Shown here one piece after another: positions 44,221 to 54,123 of a stretch of 64,000 bases of DNA (its first letter is position 1; each line of letters opens with the position of its first letter). The stretch is taken from positions 531 through 64,530 of the forward strand of contig JBAYMS010000005.1 in the NCBI GenBank assembly GCA_041663425.1, in the 5' to 3' direction. Position numbers and translations under genes: made by a program. The notes under the pieces were generated by a model. The model was given only the letters and a program-made list of their open reading frames with translations, had not been told where the DNA came from and did not search any database. This stretch comes from Candidatus Omnitrophota bacterium (GTDB lineage: Bacteria > Omnitrophota > Gorgyraeia > 2-01-FULL-45-10).

Positions 44221-45548
44221 AGCACCGCCTCCAGACTGTCGGCCAATTTGCATATATCTTCTTTAGTCCTTTTCTCGGTTACCGCAATCAAAAGATAATT
44301 ATCCATACCTTTATAGAATCTCCCGAGCGGAAAGCCTGAGGCAAACCCTTTCTCGACCATCCTATAGACCACTTCATCTGCAGCTCGCGGTAAAAGAACT
44401 GTAAATTCATTAAATGTAGGAGAGCTGCGTTTAACTTCTACACCCTTTACACGCGACAAAGTCTCTTTTGCAAATTCAGCATTACGGTAATTATGCTCGG
44501 CAAGCGCTTTTATGCCGTCTTTTCCCAAAAGTGCGACAAAAACTGCCGCACGAAGAGCGCATAAGGCTTCGTTTGAACAAATATTAGAAGTAGCCTTCTC
44601 GCGCCTTATATGCTGTTCACGAGTCTGGAGCGTTAAGACAAACCCTCTCTTGCCATCACTATCAACTGTAGCGCCCACTATCCTGCCGGGCATCTGTCTA
44701 ACCAGCCCTTGTTTAGCTGCCATAAATCCCAGGTACGGGCCGCCGAAAGAAAGCGGAATGCCCAGGCTCTGCCCTTCACCTGTAGCGATATCAAATCCCA
44801 TCTCACCGGGAGATTTCAGCATACCAAGCGAAACCGGATATGTAGAAGCAATGGCAAGCGCACCGACTTTATGCACACGCTCAACCAGATCGCTGTGATC
44901 ATCTACAGCCCCGAAGAAATTAGGATTCTGCAGTATTACGGCTGCGGTTTTGTCATCGAGATGTTTTATGAGCTCATCGCGTGAACTCTGGCCATGGACC
45001 ACCGGTATCTCTACGAATTCTACTGAAAGATTAGAAGTGTAAGTATAAAGCATTGTGCGGTAGATCAAGTTTACACCGCTATCCATTATTATCTTATTAC
45101 GCCCTGTAAGCCTTACCGCCATCATGGCGGCCTCATAAAGCGCTGTTCCGCCGTCATACAAAGAAGCATTTGCCACATCAAGGCCTGTCAGCTCACAAAT
45201 TATCGTCTGGTATTCATATATTGACTGGAGCCAACCCTGAGAACACTCCGGCTGATATGGTGTATATGCAGTGTAAAATTCTGAACGGCTGACGATAGCG
45301 TCTACTGCCGCAGGAATGAAATGATCGTAAAATCCTGCGCCGACGAAATTTATCAGATTGGTGGCATTCTTCGAGGACAACTTTTTTAAATGCTCAGTTA
45401 CTTCAAATTCCGACTTGCCCTGCGGTATATTAAAAGATTTTGCTCTTAAATTATTCGGTATGCCTTTGAATAGCTCTTCAGTAGTTGATGCACCTATTGC
45501 TTTGAGCATTTCCTTAATATCATTTTCAGTATGCGGAACATAGCTCAT
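44217..45548 (-). CDS. gcvPA: Glycine dehydrogenase (decarboxylating) subunit 1
   Basis: 443 aa. It has MSYVPHTENDIKEML, GAGFYDH and QPE..QG, typical of N-terminal P-protein subunits. Confidence 0.9.
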   Translation of the reverse strand: MSYVPHTENDIKEMLKAIGASTTEELFKGIPNNLRAKSFNIPQGKSEFEVTEHLKKLSSKNATNLINFVGAGFYDHFIPAAVDAIVSRSEFYTAYTPYQPECSQGWLQSIYEYQTIICELTGLDVANASLYDGGTALYEAAMMAVRLTGRNKIIMDSGVNLIYRTMLYTYTSNLSVEFVEIPVVHGQSSRDELIKHLDDKTAAVILQNPNFFGAVDDHSDLVERVHKVGALAIASTYPVSLGMLKSPGEMGFDIATGEGQSLGIPLSFGGPYLGFMAAKQGLVRQMPGRIVGATVDSDGKRGFVLTLQTREQHIRREKATSNICSNEALCALRAAVFVALLGKDGIKALAEHNYRNAEFAKETLSRVKGVEVKRSSPTFNEFTVLLPRAADEVVYRMVEKGFASGFPLGRFYKGMDNYLLIAVTEKRTKEDICKLADSLEAVL

Positions 45549-45934
45549 TTTAAAAGCCCTTCTACGTAACTCTGATATGCGGCAGCATCCATAAGCTTTG
45601 ACTTTTCAGCAGGGTCTGAAAGCTCCATCTTAAAAAAATAACCTTTTTCGTAGGGTGTTTTATTAACCAGTTCAGGATGCGCGGCAATATCCTGATTAAT
45701 AGATAACACTTTTCCAGAAAGCGGCGCATAAACATCAGAGGCTGCCTTTACTGACTCAACTGTAGCGCAGATATCCGACTGCTTCAGGACATCACCTGTT
45801 TTAGGCAGCTGGGCAAAAGTAATATCTCCCAGCGAGGACTGGGCATAATCCGTTATCCCCACATAAGCTGTTTTGCCTTCAATGCGCGCCCATTCATGAT
45901 CCTTAGTATAAAAGCACTCTTTTGGTATATTCAT
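45545..45934 (-). CDS. gcvH: Glycine cleavage system H protein
   Basis: 129 aa. The lipoyl-lysine motif is VESVKAASDVYAPLSGKV. Confidence 0.9.
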   Translation of the reverse strand: MNIPKECFYTKDHEWARIEGKTAYVGITDYAQSSLGDITFAQLPKTGDVLKQSDICATVESVKAASDVYAPLSGKVLSINQDIAAHPELVNKTPYEKGYFFKMELSDPAEKSKLMDAAAYQSYVEGLLK

Positions 45935-45959
45935 TAAAGTCTCCTCTTTTTATTTACAC

Positions 45960-47030
45960 TTACGCTTTTTTATAGAAAGGTTTCGTCGTGATAATTACCG
46001 GTATCTCCACAGCCGCATCTTTAATAAGGAGATGGTCACCTATATTATGTTTACCGGAAATATACCCCGCCCCTATCCCTACCGAAAGGCTGGGCGAAAA
46101 AGAACCGCTTGTAACCGTACCCACGCGCTCATTTTGCGCATATATCCCAAACCCGTTACGGGGTGAACGGCGTGATTCGGCTTTAAAATATACCAAGCTC
46201 TCTTTTGAACCTTCTGATTTTTCACGAAGAAGCGCATCCTTACCTATAAAATCTTTTGAAATATCTACAAATTTATTAAGCCCTGCAGCAAGCGGCGTAT
46301 GGTTTAAATCGAGCTCGTGACCATAAAGCGGGTAACCCATTTCCAGCCGGAGCGTATCTCTGCCGCCCAGACCCGCAGGTTTGACGATCGGGTTCTCAAG
46401 TAAAAGTTTCCATAGCTTCACCACGTTATCATTCGATATATATATTTCATACCCGAGCTCTCCGGTATAGCCGGTGCAGCTTACTATGCATTTCTCTCCC
46501 CATAAAGGAAATTCGCCAAATGTATAGTATTTCAGATCTTCTATACCTTTACCGAAAATTTTTGCAACGACTTCCTTTGAACGCGGACCCTGGACATCCA
46601 GCTTACCCAACATACTCGAAACATCGTTAAACTGAAAATCCCCTGAAAGATTTTTAAGGAAATGCTCCCTATCCCCTGGAATGGTAGCTGCATTAACAAC
46701 TATCATCCATGAATTTTTCTTTATCCGGTAAACAATAAGGTCATCAATAACTCCGCCGTTATCGTTAAGTATGAAACCGTATCGGCAAGAGCCTGTAGGC
46801 ATGGAAACAATGTTCTGGGTAACTATCCGGTCGAGGCCGCTTGAAATAGGATCTGCTTCAAGCATGAATTCGCCCATATGACAGATGTCAAATACGGAAA
46901 CCGCTTGGCGCGTATGCGCATGTTCGGAGAGAATACCATCATACTGGATAGGCATAATCCAACCGCCGAATGGAGCCATCTTAGCACCCATGGCCACGTG
47001 AGTTTCATACAGCGGTGTTTTCTGCAGCAT
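45960..47030 (-). CDS. gcvT: Aminomethyltransferase (glycine cleavage T protein)
   Basis: 356 aa. It has the N-terminal TPLYETHVAMGAKMAPFGGWIMPIQY. Confidence 0.9.
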   Translation of the reverse strand: MLQKTPLYETHVAMGAKMAPFGGWIMPIQYDGILSEHAHTRQAVSVFDICHMGEFMLEADPISSGLDRIVTQNIVSMPTGSCRYGFILNDNGGVIDDLIVYRIKKNSWMIVVNAATIPGDREHFLKNLSGDFQFNDVSSMLGKLDVQGPRSKEVVAKIFGKGIEDLKYYTFGEFPLWGEKCIVSCTGYTGELGYEIYISNDNVVKLWKLLLENPIVKPAGLGGRDTLRLEMGYPLYGHELDLNHTPLAAGLNKFVDISKDFIGKDALLREKSEGSKESLVYFKAESRRSPRNGFGIYAQNERVGTVTSGSFSPSLSVGIGAGYISGKHNIGDHLLIKDAAVEIPVIITTKPFYKKA

Positions 47031-47125
47031 CTTTACTTAAAGCCCATCCCCTCTTTACTACCTGATAAATTATTATAATGCCCTTAAAAATATGTTAGCA
47101 CTGAAAATATTCTAGTCAAGTTATT

Positions 47126-48145
47126 TTATTTCGGGTTCTTGTAATAACTAGCCCGGGTATCGTATTCGTCTTCTATTTCACCTACTATCTCTTCCAAAAG
47201 ATCCTCAATAGTAACTATGCCGATATAATTACCCTTTTCATCGACTACCGTCCCCAGATGGGTATGCCCCTTCTGAAACTCCTTGAGCAGCTCCGAGACC
47301 TTCTTGTTCTCTGAAAATATAGCAGCCGGATAAATTATATCCTGAAGCAGGACGAGGTTTCTATTTGTAGACAGGTTGAGGATATCTTTCATATTAATAA
47401 CACCGATTATCAAATCAGGGCTATCCTTATAAACTGGGAAACGGGAATACCCTGACTCAAGAACCTTTTCAATAATATCATCGAGGCTGGAATTTATATC
47501 TATAGCTACTACTTCTTTCTTAGGGGTCATTACACTCTTTACCAGCTTATTACTGAAATCAAATACCTTGGACAACATTTTGTACTTATCTGCATGGAGA
47601 ACGCCCTCTTCTTCGCCTATCTTAATATAGGCTTTGATTTCGTCTTCGGTAACGAGGGTCTTGGCGTCTTTCGGCACAGCTCCCACAAAACGGACTGCCG
47701 CATCGGCTACTCTAACGAATAATTGTACGATCGGCGCAAAAAACACTATCATATAACTAAGAGGTTTGGCGACTTTAAAGGCTATCCTTTCGGAATGAGC
47801 TGCAGCTACTGTCTTTGCTGCCACTTCGGATATGATAATAATTATAGATGCAACAACCGCCGCTATTATCACACCTTTGCCCTCGCCAACCAATGAGACA
47901 AGCAAGACCGTAACAATAGAAGCTATGAGGGTAGTTACGACATCGTTTACAACCAGTATTGTGCTAAAGAATTTTTCGGGGGCTTCGAGTATCTTCTGAA
48001 TAATTTTAGCGCGCTTAGAACCCTCTGAGGCAAGCTTACGAAGGCGTAGACGGCTCACGGCTATTATCGCTATTTCAGATGCAGCGGTAAAAATCGTGAA
48101 GAATAAAAGTATTAATATTAAAACAAATTGTATAAATGTAATCAT
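47126..48145 (-). CDS. CNNM/CorC/HlyC-family transporter (DUF21 plus CBS pair plus CorC_HlyC)
   Basis: 339 aa. There are four N-terminal TM helices (DUF21), then CBS domains, then a C-terminal transporter-associated domain. Confidence 0.8.
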   Translation of the reverse strand: MITFIQFVLILILLFFTIFTAASEIAIIAVSRLRLRKLASEGSKRAKIIQKILEAPEKFFSTILVVNDVVTTLIASIVTVLLVSLVGEGKGVIIAAVVASIIIIISEVAAKTVAAAHSERIAFKVAKPLSYMIVFFAPIVQLFVRVADAAVRFVGAVPKDAKTLVTEDEIKAYIKIGEEEGVLHADKYKMLSKVFDFSNKLVKSVMTPKKEVVAIDINSSLDDIIEKVLESGYSRFPVYKDSPDLIIGVINMKDILNLSTNRNLVLLQDIIYPAAIFSENKKVSELLKEFQKGHTHLGTVVDEKGNYIGIVTIEDLLEEIVGEIEDEYDTRASYYKNPK

Positions 48146-48147
48146 TT

Positions 48148-48744
48148 TTATATATTTTGGGATACAAAAGAAGCGATGGTATCCAACACTCCTTTTCGTA
48201 TCATCATGACCGCTATCGCGGCCAGCAACAAGCTAGCTATTTTAGAAAATGCTTTGGAACCAGCTTTGCCTAAAAAGTTAGATATAGCAGTTGCGTAATA
48301 AAACGTAATCCAGACTATAAGAAGGTTTATTATAAAAGATGTCACAGTAAGAACCACACCGTATGAATCTAGTAGTATAATTATGGTTGTAAGGACTGCG
48401 GGGCCTGTAATAAGCGGCGTTCCTATGGGAACAGCTCCGAGCGTTTCCGACGGCAGCTTATGTCCTTTTTCATGCTGCAGAAGATCTCGTAATGATATTG
48501 CCAGAAGAACAATGCCGCCCGCTATTTTAAAATCGGCGACCATAACACCGAGTATTTTAAATATCCATTTGCCTAAAAATAAGAATACAACTCCGACGAT
48601 AAACGCCGTTATTATGGACTGGGTAAGGATCCTGCGTCTTTCGTTCTTTTTAAGATGCTCGGTAAAGCCTATGAACATTGGCAGGACACCTATGGCATCC
48701 ATAGCAACAAATATAGGAATAAAGGATAAAAGGAATTCTTTCAT
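48148..48744 (-). CDS. MarC-family (UPF0056) integral membrane protein
   Basis: 198 aa. It has the N-terminal FIPIFVAMDAIGVLPMF motif characteristic of MarC/UPF0056. Confidence 0.8.
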   Translation of the reverse strand: MKEFLLSFIPIFVAMDAIGVLPMFIGFTEHLKKNERRRILTQSIITAFIVGVVFLFLGKWIFKILGVMVADFKIAGGIVLLAISLRDLLQHEKGHKLPSETLGAVPIGTPLITGPAVLTTIIILLDSYGVVLTVTSFIINLLIVWITFYYATAISNFLGKAGSKAFSKIASLLLAAIAVMMIRKGVLDTIASFVSQNI

Positions 48745-48829
48745 AAGGCCCCCATAGCAATAAAGGCAGGGTTACGGTTATCGTCTAACCCATTACCCTG
48801 CCTCTAGCTAAAAATTTTGGCTTCCGATA

Positions 48830-49015
48830 CTACCTGGAAAGCTTACCCTTTACGATTCTCTCAGCTTCTAGCCAATCATCCATCGAATGTCCGGCTTTGC
48901 GGCCTCTTTTCTCATAAAGCTCGTAAGCTTTTTTCTCCACAAGCTTACATACATCCTCTTTTGTCATTGTTGGGTTCGAGGATTTCCCCAATTTAAATGC
49001 TGCAGGTCTTGCCAT
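48830..49015 (-). CDS. DUF2934-like small protein
   Basis: 61 aa. AYELYEKRGRKAGHSMDDWLEAER matches the AYxxWxxRGxxxGxxxxDWxxAE consensus of the DUF2934 family. Confidence 0.55.
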   Translation of the reverse strand: MARPAAFKLGKSSNPTMTKEDVCKLVEKKAYELYEKRGRKAGHSMDDWLEAERIVKGKLSR

Positions 49016-49067
49016 AACGCCACCCCCTTCTTTTAGGCTTATAATTTATTATACTAGCTAGACATTT

Positions 49068-50705
49068 TTATGCAATAGAAATCTTCAAAAAATCCGGAAT
49101 GGGCTTACCCAGTATCTTATACACATTTTGAAGGTGCGTCAGATATAATTTATCAAATGGATTATCGGTCCCGGCATGCGCTTTTCCCTGATACCACCAA
49201 TTCCAGTCGCTTCCCTCAGCTATATACAGCTCCCGCCAAGCCTTATCGTTCTTTCCGGATTCTTTAGTAAATTTAACAAGGTCCTTCCTGACCCTTGCAA
49301 GGTAATCCCACGATACATTGTCCTGTTCCTGGCCTATCCATATCTCAAAATTGTGGTTTATCCATGAGCCGGGGAATACGTTTGAAAGCGTTTTCCTGGG
49401 TGGTTCGAATAAAAGATAATCACTTATAGTGGTAGAGCATATAGCATCCTGTTTATCAAGATTCGCATATAATGTTTCGAAGAAATTCCTGCCATTATCC
49501 TCGTAATATTCCCAGGCATTCTCTCCATCCATAACTATAGTCAAGAGTCCTTCGTCTGTATCCCGTCGTAAATTATGCGCGGCAGTCCTGCAATGGCCTA
49601 TAAGATCCCATGCTGCGTCATGCGGATTCCATGAATTATAACTGAAACTGATCATATCAGACAGATTCTTGTCCCTAAATATCATAGACAGACTTCCAGA
49701 ATCCTTCTTTACTTTATACGGACGATATATGATCCTGCGGTCAAAGTATTCAATTCCTTTATATTTCCTGTCATACAGCGAAAGTGAACGGAATAATATA
49801 TCTTCGTCGGTAGCGATCCACTTAATACCTTTCGATATGATAGTTTCTATGGCTTTATCGGAAACACTTCCCTCGGACGGCCACATGCCTGCAGGTGGGG
49901 CGCCGAACTGCGCTGTGTGATACTTGACCGCTTCGGCTATCTGCCAGGCAGCATCTTCAGGATGCGAAAATTTCTTTGGCAGTTCCATTCCGGGAGATGA
50001 AATATTAGCTATAGACGTATCGCATAAAAGCGGAAGTATAGGGTGGTAAAAAGGTGTAGTGGTTATCTCTATCCTGCCTTCGTTATTCAGTTTCTTATAG
50101 AGAGGTATTATGCAGCCTAGGATCTCTTTCTGTTTTACTACAACATAATTTTTATCTGATTCGGTATAATCTTTCTTTTTAGCTACAAGTTTCTGAAGGT
50201 TGGGATCGCTGTCGATACTTATAGAATGAAACCATGCCATATTAAAGAGAACCTGCAGATCGAGAAAATCCTGGTCAGAAAAACTCTGCACTACTTTCTT
50301 CAGCGCCGACCCCGATAACGGCCTGACGCCTTTCTTTATAAGAAGTTCGGCATATCTTGGATTGGGCTCGATGAAACGCTTAAAATTTACATGGAAAAAA
50401 TTATTAAGCATAAAAATTTTATCTGCGGAGGAAAGAGAGCTCGCCTTTTTCACGGTCATATCAAGATAGGTGTCACTTGCGTCGTTATTGACATAGTCAT
50501 TGATCTGCTCAACCAACGACGGGACGAGATTAAAAGTGGCTCTCATACTGTCAAATTTATCGACGAGAGCAGCCATCGGGAAATAATCCTTAACGCCTCG
50601 CAGACGCACCCATGGCATCATATACTCGTTCGACAGCGGATCTTTATAGAACGGCTGATGCATGTGCCATAAAAAGGCAACGCCTAAAGTTTTTTTAGCA
50701 TCCAT
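49068..50705 (-). CDS. Glycoside hydrolase family 57 alpha-glucan enzyme (amylase / 4-alpha-glucanotransferase type)
   Basis: 545 aa. The N-terminal VAFLWHMHQPFY is the GH57 HxHQP region I motif. The central acid/base region has E-containing motifs. Confidence 0.8.
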   Translation of the reverse strand: MDAKKTLGVAFLWHMHQPFYKDPLSNEYMMPWVRLRGVKDYFPMAALVDKFDSMRATFNLVPSLVEQINDYVNNDASDTYLDMTVKKASSLSSADKIFMLNNFFHVNFKRFIEPNPRYAELLIKKGVRPLSGSALKKVVQSFSDQDFLDLQVLFNMAWFHSISIDSDPNLQKLVAKKKDYTESDKNYVVVKQKEILGCIIPLYKKLNNEGRIEITTTPFYHPILPLLCDTSIANISSPGMELPKKFSHPEDAAWQIAEAVKYHTAQFGAPPAGMWPSEGSVSDKAIETIISKGIKWIATDEDILFRSLSLYDRKYKGIEYFDRRIIYRPYKVKKDSGSLSMIFRDKNLSDMISFSYNSWNPHDAAWDLIGHCRTAAHNLRRDTDEGLLTIVMDGENAWEYYEDNGRNFFETLYANLDKQDAICSTTISDYLLFEPPRKTLSNVFPGSWINHNFEIWIGQEQDNVSWDYLARVRKDLVKFTKESGKNDKAWRELYIAEGSDWNWWYQGKAHAGTDNPFDKLYLTHLQNVYKILGKPIPDFLKISIA

Positions 50706-50716
50706 ATATTTTTTGG

Positions 50717-52306
50717 TTAGGGGCTGTAAATCGAATAGTCAATGTCGGGGAACAAATTAAATTTATCTTCGATCTTTTTTATATACTCTTCGTCAAGTGA
50801 GTTATTTTTTATATCCTCATAAAGCTCTGTAAAATTTTCAGCATGCTGACGCAGACGCTCAATGGCATAAGGAACGTGGGATCCGGTCTTCATTATAAAA
50901 GCCCAGTCACTCGATTGCGCAAGCAAAAGCTCTCTTGCCATCTGATTTAAAGCCCGTAGCAGCAAGCCTTTCGCGTTTTTATGCGTCCGTGCCATTTCAA
51001 CCATGCGCTCAGCCATTTTATGAGTATGCCTATATACCCAGTCATTGGAACCTTCCAGCCATACTTCGCTGTAACCTTTATAGCCCCAGCTTGATGCCGC
51101 CGGAGCAAGAACCTGAAACTTCTTGTACTTTTTGAGATATTCGCCGGGAGTTGTAAGCTCTACCGTCTTCTGATCATATCTCATCTTTCTTATGAGGAAA
51201 TCAAGCCATTGCGGACCTTCATACCACCAATGTCCATAAAGCTCGGCATCGTAAGGAGCAACTATAATGGGCGCCCTTCCGTCCATCTGCCCGGCCAAGT
51301 GCTCAATCTGCTTTTCCCTGTTGAACATAAAATTGCCGGCCTGGTCCGCAGCTCTCTGCCGCGCAGCTTCCGGATTGTAGGGCTCTTTATGGCTCGTAGT
51401 TCCCGTTATCTTATAATATTTTATACCGGTATTTATCCTAACGCCATCGGCATTTATGTAAGGTTTTATATAATCATAGTCAAGATCAAAACCTATATCC
51501 CTATAAAATTCTCTGTAATTATAATCTCCGGGGTAACCTTCTACAGCACTCCATACGGCTTTGGAAGATTCTGTGTCGCGGCCGTAAGCGGCTACTCCAC
51601 ATTTAGTAAGATATGGATTAAAAACTCCGAATTTTGGTCTGGGATTTCCGAAAAGGATACCGTGCGTATCGACAAAGAAATACTTGATACCTTCTTTCTT
51701 AACCGCCTCTTCATCGCCCGGCTTATATCCGCACTCCGGCAGCCAGATACCTGCGGGTTTTTTACCAAATATTTTTTGATACATATCAGCCGCTACCTTA
51801 ACTTGCGCACGGACAGAGATTTCTCTCTCTACCTCCATAAGAGGAAGGTATCCGTGAGTAGCGCAGCATGTAATAACTTCGAGATTTCCGAGGTCCTGAA
51901 AGCGTTTAAATGCATTTACTAAGTTTGAATGATATTCGTCTACAAATATTTTCTTTGCGTCGAGGAACATTGAATGATACATATGAGCAAGGTTATTAAA
52001 TTGCCCCTGCCATTTTGTGCGGTCTATCTCTTTTTCGGAAAGTTCTATAAGCTTATCCAGGTGTTTTATGTATTTCGACTGCAGATGCGGGTCCATCAAC
52101 ATAGACATCAGCGTCGGAGAAAGCGATATCGTAAGCTTATAATCCACTTTATCACGTGCCAGTCCGTCCATAACCTTTATTAAAGGTATATATGTTTCGG
52201 TAATGGCTTCAAAAAGCCAGTCTTCTTCCAGGAAATCGTCAAATTCGGGATGCCGTATAAACGGCAGATGCGCGTGAAGGACTATCGCAAGATAACCTTT
52301 TGGCAT
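50717..52306 (-). CDS. GH57-family 1,4-alpha-glucan branching enzyme-like protein
   Basis: 529 aa. It has the N-terminal YLAIVLHAHLPFIRHPE (GH57 region I of branching-enzyme type). The C-terminal alpha-helical domain matches the DUF1957 layout. Confidence 0.8.
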   Translation of the reverse strand: MPKGYLAIVLHAHLPFIRHPEFDDFLEEDWLFEAITETYIPLIKVMDGLARDKVDYKLTISLSPTLMSMLMDPHLQSKYIKHLDKLIELSEKEIDRTKWQGQFNNLAHMYHSMFLDAKKIFVDEYHSNLVNAFKRFQDLGNLEVITCCATHGYLPLMEVEREISVRAQVKVAADMYQKIFGKKPAGIWLPECGYKPGDEEAVKKEGIKYFFVDTHGILFGNPRPKFGVFNPYLTKCGVAAYGRDTESSKAVWSAVEGYPGDYNYREFYRDIGFDLDYDYIKPYINADGVRINTGIKYYKITGTTSHKEPYNPEAARQRAADQAGNFMFNREKQIEHLAGQMDGRAPIIVAPYDAELYGHWWYEGPQWLDFLIRKMRYDQKTVELTTPGEYLKKYKKFQVLAPAASSWGYKGYSEVWLEGSNDWVYRHTHKMAERMVEMARTHKNAKGLLLRALNQMARELLLAQSSDWAFIMKTGSHVPYAIERLRQHAENFTELYEDIKNNSLDEEYIKKIEDKFNLFPDIDYSIYSP

Positions 52307-52311
52307 AATGA

Positions 52312-53142
52312 TTACTCTGTCTTTCTCGTAACTATAGGGGTTATGCGGCGGCGGTCAATTCCGTCACTTGAAGTGGCTTCAACTGGGATCTCTTGTTTTC
52401 CGTCCGGTAACGCAAACCTTAGGGTGAAAGTTCCGTCTTCTCTTAATTTTATATCTTTGCCCTGTACGGTAAGTTTAGCATCCGGCTCAGTGGCTCCATA
52501 AACTATAAGCTCACAATTTACAACAAGCCAGAATTTCCGTTCAGCAGGCCGTCTGTAAAATGAGGCACTGCTGGATATCCCGCCTGAGGTAACCTGCTCC
52601 TCAAGGCGTTTTTTAAACATCTCCCTGACTTCCAAAGATCCTTTTCCTACACCCATACCTCCGGAGAGAGCAAACATTTTACGAAATGATTCTTCCGGGG
52701 CCATCCATTCTGTATCGAGTTGATCTGACATGCCAAATCGTGGTGTGCGGACAATGTTGGAGCGGGATAGAAGATAAAATTTACCTTTATTCGAAACTAT
52801 GCCTATATCAACAACCCAGGAGCTGTCCGGCATATTGACGTTTATATACCAGGTGCTGGCCAATCCCTTAAGCTCTATATCAAAAAAAGAACGGGCATTT
52901 CTCCCGTTAAAATTAATATCTGTAACATCATAAACTCGCAGTATCGACTTATCGGGCATTTCGCCGGCATCTTTTATCTTCCGGACGATTTCCTCCTCTT
53001 TATCTTTCCTTACTTCCCAATAAGTGAAAAGCCACCACGGATCCCTGACAAGCAGAACGATCTTATGATCACCATACCCCTGAGGAAATTTAAACGATTT
53101 CCTCGCCCGGGTATTTAAAGGCTTGGACGAACCCTGCGCCAT
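52312..53142 (-). CDS. DUF4912-like protein associated with GH57 enzymes
   Basis: 276 aa. It has LLVRDPWWLFTYWEV (the DPxWLFxYWE box of DUF4912). It lies immediately downstream of the GH57 branching enzyme. Confidence 0.55.
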   Translation of the reverse strand: MAQGSSKPLNTRARKSFKFPQGYGDHKIVLLVRDPWWLFTYWEVRKDKEEEIVRKIKDAGEMPDKSILRVYDVTDINFNGRNARSFFDIELKGLASTWYINVNMPDSSWVVDIGIVSNKGKFYLLSRSNIVRTPRFGMSDQLDTEWMAPEESFRKMFALSGGMGVGKGSLEVREMFKKRLEEQVTSGGISSSASFYRRPAERKFWLVVNCELIVYGATEPDAKLTVQGKDIKLREDGTFTLRFALPDGKQEIPVEATSSDGIDRRRITPIVTRKTE

Positions 53143-53160
53143 ATGAATAGCCCTCCGATA

Positions 53161-53619
53161 TTACTGCTTAGGCATTTCCTGCGGCTTCTCTTCAACTGTA
53201 ACCGGCATTTCAGCGGCCGGAGCTTCTTCTTCCTTCTCCACTATGATAGATTTTGCAGCATTCTTACCATTTGCTACTGAATATATAACATCGGCCCAGT
53301 TACCCTGCTTAATATCAGCAACCGTAGCTGCATTTTCCATCTTCGTGTTGGTGTCCATTGCAATATCTATCGTCTTTTCTTCATCGCTGTCATAATCGTA
53401 ATACTGTATAGTCATAGAATTAGCCGCAGCGTCAACAGCCTTTATCTCACCATAGATAGAAATTTCCTGAGGCTGGACAGCTTTCTCGGCTGGCGCCGTA
53501 ACTACAGCTTCGGTAACAGTCTGAGATGCATTCTGATCAGTGGCAGCCTGATTATCCTGGCAATATCCAATGCTGGCAAATAACCCAAGTATCAATATCG
53601 CTAAAATATAATGTTTCAT
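53161..53619 (-). CDS. Exported acidic low-complexity protein, unknown function
   Basis: The signal peptide is MKHYILAILILGLFASIGYC, followed by an Ala/Glu/Thr/Gln-rich sequence. The start is placed at the ATG (MKHY). The ORF-track start uses an upstream TTG. Confidence 0.4.
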   Translation of the reverse strand: MKHYILAILILGLFASIGYCQDNQAATDQNASQTVTEAVVTAPAEKAVQPQEISIYGEIKAVDAAANSMTIQYYDYDSDEEKTIDIAMDTNTKMENAATVADIKQGNWADVIYSVANGKNAAKSIIVEKEEEAPAAEMPVTVEEKPQEMPKQ

Positions 53620-53627
53620 ATGCACCT

Positions 53628-53731
53628 CCAAGTTTATTCAGCCACGCTGCCGACTAAGTACCGATATCTCTGATATCGGCCAAGTTTATTCAGCCACGCT
53701 GTTAACTAAGTGCCGACGTCTCCGACATCGG
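53628..53731. repeat. Two tandem 52-bp direct repeats, each made of a CCAAGTTTATTCA box and an 8-bp-stem hairpin with a TCT/TCC loop
   Basis: Unit A is ccaagtttattcagccacgctgccgactaagtaccgatatctctgatatcgg. Unit B is ccaagtttattcagccacgctgttaactaagtgccgacgtctccgacatcgg. The hairpins are CCGATATC-TCT-GATATCGG (perfect) and CCGACGTC-TCC-GACATCGG (one mismatch). Confidence 0.8.
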
Positions 53732-53743
53732 TCCGGTTTGCTA

Positions 53744-54103
53744 TTATTGAGCAACAGGCTTAGCCTGCTTATCCTGCAATTCTTTATTATCCGACAATAA
53801 TTTATCGTAAGCTGCCTTTAAAGCTATCTTCTCGTCGAGGATCTTATCATATTCACCCTTAAGCGCGGCTTTCTCGTTAGTCAAAGTTTCAACCTGAGTT
53901 GCAAGCGCCATCTTCTCATCAAGCAAATTGTCGTATTCTTTTTTAAGAGCTTCTTTGCCAGTAGTAAGCACTGTTACTTTTTCTTCTATAGCTATTTTTT
54001 CGTTAAGAAGCGCTTCGTATTTATCTTTAGGTACACCACAGCCCGACAAGGCGGCTAAAGATACAGCCATAACCAGCAGTATTGAAACCTTCGTATACTT
54101 CAT
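53744..54103 (-). CDS. Coiled-coil lipoprotein
   Basis: The start is placed at MKYTKVSILLVMAVSLAALSGC (lipobox). A triplicated heptad block EYDNLLDEKMAL / EYDKILDEKIAL / AYDKLLSDNKEL is present. Confidence 0.5.
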   Translation of the reverse strand: MKYTKVSILLVMAVSLAALSGCGVPKDKYEALLNEKIAIEEKVTVLTTGKEALKKEYDNLLDEKMALATQVETLTNEKAALKGEYDKILDEKIALKAAYDKLLSDNKELQDKQAKPVAQ

Positions 54104-54123
54104 TAAAATATTCCTCCGATTTT

